Below are positions 58,022-64,000 of a stretch of DNA of 64,000 nt, piece by piece (the stretch's first letter is position 1; every line of letters begins with the position of its first letter). A program made the position numbers and the translations under genes. Source of the stretch: Macrostomum lignano (taxonomy: Eukaryota); the NCBI GenBank assembly GCA_002269645.1, contig NIVC01000022.1:484624-548623 (forward strand), written 5' to 3'. The notes beneath the pieces were generated by a model. The model did not search any database, was not told where the DNA came from, and saw only the letters and a list, made by a program, of their open reading frames with translations.

Positions 58022-58531
58022 ATGAAAGACATTTATGTTTGTAATAAATGTAATGTGACTATGCACAGAGCAAACAGCAAACGGAGATATATATCATATG
58101 TGTTATTCATGTTCTAAAATATATCAATTTGAAAAAACAAAAAAGATTGAAAACTCATATTACTATTTTAAAAACACAATTTTAAGAAATCTTACAAGAG
58201 ACATTCTGATCCAATTTTAATTCCCGGAAATAATGTTTATTTATATAATAACTTTTTCCATTTAAATAAAGGAAAGGGATTAAGTTCGAAAGACTCCGAA
58301 AGGATTTTAATTTTAGTTGGATATTATTTCAATTTTCTTATTCGAGAGAATACAAAGTTTATAAGGATAGGTAACATACCTAACGAAATGTTACTGAAAA
58401 AGTCATTGGAATTTTTATGTATTGATAAAAAATTTAAACCTAGGATCAGAAGAGAGTTACCACTTTGGGAAGAATATATAACATATGCATTAAATAAACT
58501 AAACAACCTGAAGTTCTACAGCACTTCCTGA
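58022..58531 (+). CDS. Zinc-ribbon protein, possibly VLTF3-like late transcription factor; frameshifted and absent from the ORF track
   Basis: Joining three frames gives MKDIYVCNKCNVTMH-EQTANGDIYHMCYSCSKIYQFEK...SYKRHSDPIL...NIPNEMLLKKSLEFLCIDKKFKPRIRRELPLWEEYITYALNKL*. Two CxxC pairs and a C-terminal layout reminiscent of VLTF3. Confidence 0.4.
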
Positions 58532-58579
58532 CCGCGGCTTTGTGCCCGTAGCAATAGTTTCAGGTTCGTATTAATGTTT

Positions 58580-59143
58580 CTATCGGAGGAGCTTTGGGTT
58601 TGTCCAAACGCAATTCTTCAATTCCATATCGGTAAAAGTTTCAACATCTAAAATTCTATTTCTATCTTTTAAATATTTTTCATATAACTCAACCGCGGTT
58701 GATAATTCATGAATCGTTATCTCTCCATCATCCAATATTTTTTGCACATATAAATATAATGATTTTTATATTGTTTTGCAACATCTCTTAATGATTTATA
58801 TTTTTCCTTTCTTTTTTAAGATATAATTTAATTGCTAAAAGTATTGATAAGTTTCTGATCATTCAAAACCTGATATTGAGCCAATTGAAATACCTAAAAA
58901 TAATTGAGATAAATTAAGAGTTGGAATAGATTGTAAAATACCTAAAACGATTACACATAACATTGATAAGCTTCCAAATCCAATATTGAAAAAATCCATA
59001 TTTCTTATATGGTTTGAAACTCTTCTTACTTTTTTAGTATATAAATCATAATCATAATTTATTCGATCAACATTACTTAACATCTGACCTTTACGTTGGT
59101 TGAACCGGTCGCGTTCCCATTTATCTGCTTCAGATACCGACAT
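58580..59143 (-). CDS. Conserved Maverick-type membrane protein, frameshifted near 58860
   Basis: N-part ORF has two hydrophobic segments. It continues in another frame as KYKSLRDVAKQYK...KKILDDGEITIHELSTAVELYEKYLKDR, matching the recalled Maverick pattern K.L.D..IS.EEF..I..E...Y...K. Confidence 0.55.
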
Positions 59144-59469
59144 TCTCGTCTATTTTTAATAGCACCAAAATGAATTCCCCACGCTCTTTGGGGATTTGTC
59201 CCGAGCTCAATAGGTATTGTATTGGAGTTATTCTTTCTTTTTTCTCCCATTTAAATCCTATTTTCCAAAACTCTTGAAGTATAATATGATTTTTTAATAA
59301 TTTAATTAATTCTTGAAGTTTCTTATTATCCTGAACATTTACAGTACTAAATAAAAATTTGGTATGAGATTTGAATGTTTTTATATTTGATTCTTGTTTA
59401 GGAATAGGAATAATAACATTATTTTGTCCATCGATGGGTTCTACTAAAAGCCATTTTATATATAAATAT

Positions 59470-61454
59470 TTAAGTTATTTCGGTTTGTGGCCGTTCCAAA
59501 TATGCGGTCGCAGCAAAATCATATCCTGCTGATGTGCTACCACAAACGGCTGCACCACGAATAAAATGTGCAGCATCCGATCCTCCAGTTCGAGCACCAA
59601 AACCCATAAGAGATCCCGTTTTATCTAAAGTTCCCCAAGTTCCACTATCATATGTAAAAAAGTTTTGCCCAATTAGCGTATATGTATTAGCTGATACATT
59701 GTATGTGCTTATTTGATACCAAACTCTTTGATTTAAAATATTAATTTCAAAAAGATGCCAATCGCCGTTATCAATATTAGCATAGGTTATAGTTTGATCT
59801 GCGTCATTAAGAACATCATTACGAACTGTTGCTCCGTCTGATTTTATATTGCTCCAAACAACCCCAACTCTATCATGCCATTCACTCGCAAAACTATCAA
59901 GCCGGCGCGGGTTGTTAACCCGGATCCAAATTCAGTTGTTGGACGTTCGTGACAATATGCATAAAACCAAACCGCATCAGCACCATCTCCTGTAGCATTA
60001 GCAACTCGGAAATAGAAGGAGGCGGAGATATTACGAAAATGGGTGAAATTAAATTGCAACGCTCCAGACTGACCACTTGCTTCATCAGTAATTCTAGCTC
60101 CATTTTGATAATCAATATATACAGCATCTCCAACAAAACTTCCAGTTGGAAAAATATCACCGGCGTGGTTGGGTTTTGATATCCAGTCCAATTGCAAATT
60201 ACAGGCTCGTACAAAGCGGCATCGATTGCAGGTATTCCATCCAATTTTATTTTATCGTTAAAAGACATTCGGCCATCCGCCGTTTGTGTTACTCGCGTAT
60301 CAACATAACCTTTAGTAACAACAGAACTGTTATTGTTTATAGTAGAGATATTAGTAATTGTATTACCTCCCATATCAATTGATTGATTAACCACTCCCAA
60401 ATTTAAATCAAGAATTGTAAACGTCTGTCTATAAATCTGGAAGGTTGACAGACCCGGGTTGGTTGAACCCGAGGTTGATGTAAGACAGAACAATCTGAAA
60501 TATGAATATGTTTTATCAAAATTTTGTGTGACATTAATTGTTTGAGTTGAGTTATTTATTGCTACAGAACTATCCGCAGGTATTAATACGTCCCAACTTG
60601 TATTGTCATTACTTCCCTCAAATCGCCATGATGCTGGGTGCTCGGTTGAAGGTGATGGCCTACCACGTAAATCAATTTTATAACACATTATTGCGGAAGG
60701 GCATTGACTTGAATCCAATAATCGGTTTGAGTATTATTTGTTGCCCAATCTGTTGAATCATTACCATCAAACGCTTTCCAACTTGCAAAATCAGTTGTAT
60801 TAAATGCTGTGCTTGCGGTTATTGCAAAACCATTTCCACTCCAATCTGCCATGGTAGGTATGTGACCAGTTTCAACCGTTTGGAATCGATCCTGCTTTAA
60901 GGCTCCACCTCCAACTAAATTATCAACCTCCGTTTTGGTATAGGAATCAGTTATATCTCTTTTTAAATTTAAGGAATTATCAACTTCAGTTTTGCTATAA
61001 GAATCAGTTATATCTCTTTTTAAATTTAGGAATTATCAACTTCAGTTTTGGTATAGGAATCAGTTATATCTCTTTTTAAATTTAGGGAATTATCAACTTC
61101 AGTTTTGGTATAAGAATCGGCCGTATTGCGTTTTAAATTTAATGAATCATCTATTTGAGTTCGAGAATAAGAATCAGTTATATCTCTTTTTAAATTTAAC
61201 CCATTGTCAACCTCTGTTTTTGTATATGAATCGGCTACGTTCCGTTTTAAATTTAGGGAATTATCTATTTGAGTTTTGGTATAGGAATCTGCAACATTTC
61301 TTTTTAAATTTAGTTTAGTATCAACTTCACTTTTTTTATAACCTTCATCTTCATTAATATATCGGTTATCTCCGAATGTAACACTTATTCCACCAGAAGT
61401 ACCACCACCAGTACTTGATGTTCCGTTCCATGAGGGTGTTCCAGAAAATAACAT
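59470..61454 (-). CDS. Fibre/receptor-binding-like protein: 19-aa shaft repeats, F5/8 type C (discoidin) domain, TKGYVD motif and C-terminal L-type (ConA-like) lectin domain; several frameshifts
   Basis: About 7 copies of LNLKRDITDSYTKTEVDNS. SWKAFDG...W...YWIQ...P.SWRFEGSNDNTSWD...YSYFRL (discoidin). RITDEASGQSGALQF...FYFRV...GDGADAVWF...MGFGARTGG...HFIR (legume-lectin fold pattern). Reconstructed across track ORFs 61026-61454, 59915-60718, 59844-60197 and the downstream frame. Confidence 0.75.
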
Positions 61455-61464
61455 TTTTTACTGT

Positions 61465-61905
61465 CTATTTTATAGAGTCTAAAATCATCTTAAATACTTC
61501 GGGGTTTACACGAGCTTCATTCGAAAGTCGATATAAAAAATACAACGCTGCTTGCCCGCAATAACTTTTATCAAATGTTTGAAATTGTTCGTGATAATCT
61601 CCACATAAACGATTTTTAGTATGATTAAATTTATCTTTTATTTCCTGTAACGGAGGAAGCGCGTATGAATCAAAAAAATAAACAAGTTTTGGTTTTGAAT
61701 AAACTGCTGACCAATGAACACCATTTTCTTTTGTTGTTTCAATATTAACAATGAAAGATCCATATTGTGGTAAGTCTTTTATCTCATCCCGCATAACACA
61801 TCTGAATGGTTTTATTTTTAACTGCCTCGCCCAATTTGTTAATTCGATATTGCTTGTTGTGTCTGTTCCATATCTTTGTTTAAAATCATCCCACGTCATG
61901 GTCAT
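61465..61905 (-). CDS. Adenain-like cysteine (maturation) protease
   Basis: Intact ORF with His (GVHW), Asp (YFFDSY), oxyanion Gln and Cys (QTFDKSYCG) in the Polinton/adenovirus protease order. Confidence 0.92.
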   Translation of the reverse strand: MTMTWDDFKQRYGTDTTSNIELTNWARQLKIKPFRCVMRDEIKDLPQYGSFIVNIETTKENGVHWSAVYSKPKLVYFFDSYALPPLQEIKDKFNHTKNRLCGDYHEQFQTFDKSYCGQAALYFLYRLSNEARVNPEVFKMILDSIK

Positions 61906-62115
61906 TTTATGTTCCTGAAAAACTCTTGGTTTTAGTTAGTTTCGTAGGTGTGGGTTTTAACAATTCCTTTCTTATTTTATCAGCTTGTAACTGCCTTAAT
62001 TTTGCTAGTTCTAGTTCGTAATTATCTTCAGCTTTTTTAACTTTTTCTGATTGTTTTTTTAGTAAATTATTATTATTATCGTGCTTTGCACGCGAACATG
62101 TTTTCGATTACCCAT
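61905..62115 (-). CDS. Small basic ORF between penton and protease, frameshifted
   Basis: ATG at 62115 (CTATAGTAAAAATG): MGNRKHVRV..., continuing in another frame as LKKQSEKVKKAEDNYELELAKLRQLQADKIRKELLK...SGT*. Its stop abuts the protease start. Confidence 0.35.
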
Positions 62116-62156
62116 TTTTACTATAGGAAACGGACAAAGTCCTCGAACCGGTTCGG

Positions 62157-62937
62157 CTAAACCTGTTTTATACGTAAAATTACTGTTATTGATTGCCCAC
62201 CAAAACTTATTAATCTATCGCTTTCATCTACAATCCTAATATAAATTGATTGAACATTATATTGATTTAATGGGTAATATATTGGGGTTTGAGGTGATAC
62301 AATCATTTTCTCTCCAATTGGAACAGCAAGAAATGGGATTGAATAAATAATTCCACGTTGAACCAAAACTCCATTATTATCTGTTATATAACCACCGTTT
62401 GAATGTCGGTTGTTATATTAATTGTATTACTCCACCCTCAATATTTCCACTGTATCACCGGTGCTTGATGTGGTAACTATTCGGGAATTAAATCCAAGTA
62501 TGGTTCTGAGTGAATTTGCAATTGTGAAATCAACCTGATATCCGGATCCTAGTGATAGTGTGAATCTGCCAGATGGTAAATCAACCCTATAACAATCGCG
62601 CCTGCTACCCAATCGCCGTTAGATGTTAATTCTCCTTCTATATAAGCATTCAAATCAGTATAGCTATACGCTCCTGGGTTAACGCTAAATGTTGTCCAAT
62701 TGGCTCCGGAATCTTTAGAATATCTAAATTGATTATTTGTTGCATTAATTAATTGAGGCATGTTAAAAACCGAAAATAATATCAAACCATTTGATAACTT
62801 AGGCTTTGATCAAGTTGTAATGGATCGCGCAATTGAATCCGTTGCTCGCTGGTTGTCATTATAAACTGTAATGTTGTACTAAATTTTGAATTAGTTCGAT
62901 CTACCAATTGTTTTATAGTATCTAAATTTGTAGCCAT
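62157..62937 (-). CDS. Minor capsid protein (penton, single jelly-roll), frameshifted
   Basis: Start CTATAAAAATG at 62937. NNQFRYS...PGAYS..DLN..I; SLRTILGF; IIYSIPFLAVPIGEKMIVSPQTPIYYPL...IYIRIVDESDRLISFGGQSITVILRIKQV matches the Polinton penton C-terminal pattern. Confidence 0.85.
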
Positions 62938-62964
62938 TTTTATAGTGGGAATTATTCTTCTTCC

Positions 62965-63757
62965 TCATCGTCTTCTTTTATAAGATCTTTTAAGATTCGA
63001 TTTTTCCTTTCTAACCTCGGATTGATATAAATATGTTTTATTGGCTATCATCCCAAATTTTTTTACACATACTTTTAAATGGTTTTGCATCCAACCCGGG
63101 ATTAAATCTAGCGTGATATTTTGTAAATCATAATTATCTAAATCAAACATTACACAACAACTTGCATTCTTTTATAATCGATTCTAATTCTCTAAAGGAC
63201 TGTGTTAGATAAAAGCTCCAATTCCATCTCCTCTACCACTAACAAAAATTTCCTTTTGCAATTCTTGATCACCGTCATTAATACAATCATCAAAAATAAT
63301 TAGTGTTTTATCATGTTTTGGAATTTGATCATAGGCTAATCGGGTTGATACTCTAACAGTTGGGGCTCGTTCGGTGATGTTTTCTGGCTGTTGTGCCATT
63401 GTTTTACATAAATCCTCAATGTCATCGAGTGTAAATCGCGGTTCGTCATCATCCTCATATTGCTCATATGCTCTTAACATTCTAAACAAGACATCTTTTT
63501 TTAATTTGTTTTTTAATCCATGTTTAAGAAATTCATAATATTTTATTCTAGGTTTATTAGTATAAATTATTAAATTATTATAGTCTAGCATTCCATCTGT
63601 TGTTAATAAATCGTAAACAAAGTGTGTTTTTCCTTTACCTGATCCTCCGATTACTAAACAAAGAAAAGGATCATTTGGAAATATCTTATGTGTTTTGCCT
63701 TTACCATTTTTAAAGAAATAATTTAAATAGGTGCGACGGTCGGAGACCTGCACTCAT
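62965..63757 (-). CDS. A32/FtsK-like genome-packaging ATPase, frameshifted
   Basis: Walker A LVIGGSGKGKT; Walker B TLIIFDD; SGRG...(Y)LTQSF after a frameshift at ~63208; then KNASCCVMFDL. The likely ATG at 63757 overlaps the upstream TGA (ATGA). Confidence 0.9.
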
Positions 63758-64000
63758 TTACAGGGCGTCCGAACAATCGTGCCATCAGCTTTAGCAATTG
63801 ACATATATTCCTCTAGAAACAATACGTGGGCGTCAAGTGCCTGATTGCCGGTTTTATTAATCTAACATATAATTAAGTCCAATATTGGCTACGTTTTCTT
63901 TCTGTGCCGTAGATCATAAACAACCACTGGATGAATGTTTGAAACTCTGTGGGTGTGTACTGAGGGACGGCATACGCTTCATTTTAGCATAATCTTGATA
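63754..64000 (-). CDS. Probable C-terminus of the double jelly-roll major capsid protein (partial, frameshifted)
   Basis: Fragments HPVVVYDLRHRK and TGNQALDAHVLFLEEYMSIAKADGTIVRTPCK* resemble Polinton MCP C-termini (P..VFDL.....; A..LI..D....). Position upstream of ATPase and penton fits. Confidence 0.55.

Larger units (their letters stand above)
51348..64000. mobile_element. Maverick/Polinton (adintovirus-like endogenous dsDNA virus), left end and about 12.6 kb; continues beyond the window
   Basis: Starts with the Polinton-type AGTAGT terminus. Abrupt shift to AT-rich, intron-free, densely packed ORFs. Contains pPolB, adenain protease, A32-type ATPase, penton, MCP C-terminus and pX-like proteins. 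Integrase and right TIR are not in the window. Confidence 0.93.

Noticed and set aside
51348-64000. Bacterial prophage or contaminant contig
   Set aside because: The gene set (pPolB, adenain, A32 ATPase, penton, pX-like) and the AGTAGT terminus are Polinton hallmarks, and the junction with host satellite is seamless. Long-read confirmation is still needed.

Overview
Eukaryotic (animal) genomic DNA. Exons are GC-rich and most introns are filled with minisatellites. This architecture resembles that reported for the flatworm Macrostomum, but the taxon is an inference. Left to right the window holds: (1) a decayed Crypton-like tyrosine recombinase remnant interrupted by a 298-bp hAT-type MITE that carries a 28S rRNA fragment; (2) FCP1/CTDP1 (+, 4 visible exons); (3) a 4-EF-hand calmodulin-like gene (-); (4) an M13/neprilysin-like peptidase (-, 3 exons), whose first intron holds a TIR element swollen by a minisatellite; (5) large satellite arrays; (6) the trifunctional pyrimidine gene CAD (-, 17 visible exons, 5' exon(s) missing), with two intronless C-type lectin/PAN genes nested antisense in one intron. 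From 51348 to the window end lies an AT-rich Maverick/Polinton (adintovirus-like) endogenous virus, apparently inserted in a CAD intron. It encodes pPolB, pX-like core proteins, an adenain protease, penton, packaging ATPase, the MCP C-terminus and a long fibre-like protein with F5/8 and L-lectin domains. Many reading-frame breaks are single-base losses, often in homopolymers, so the element may be intact and the breaks may be assembly errors. All homology calls come from motif recognition by eye, not from database searches.
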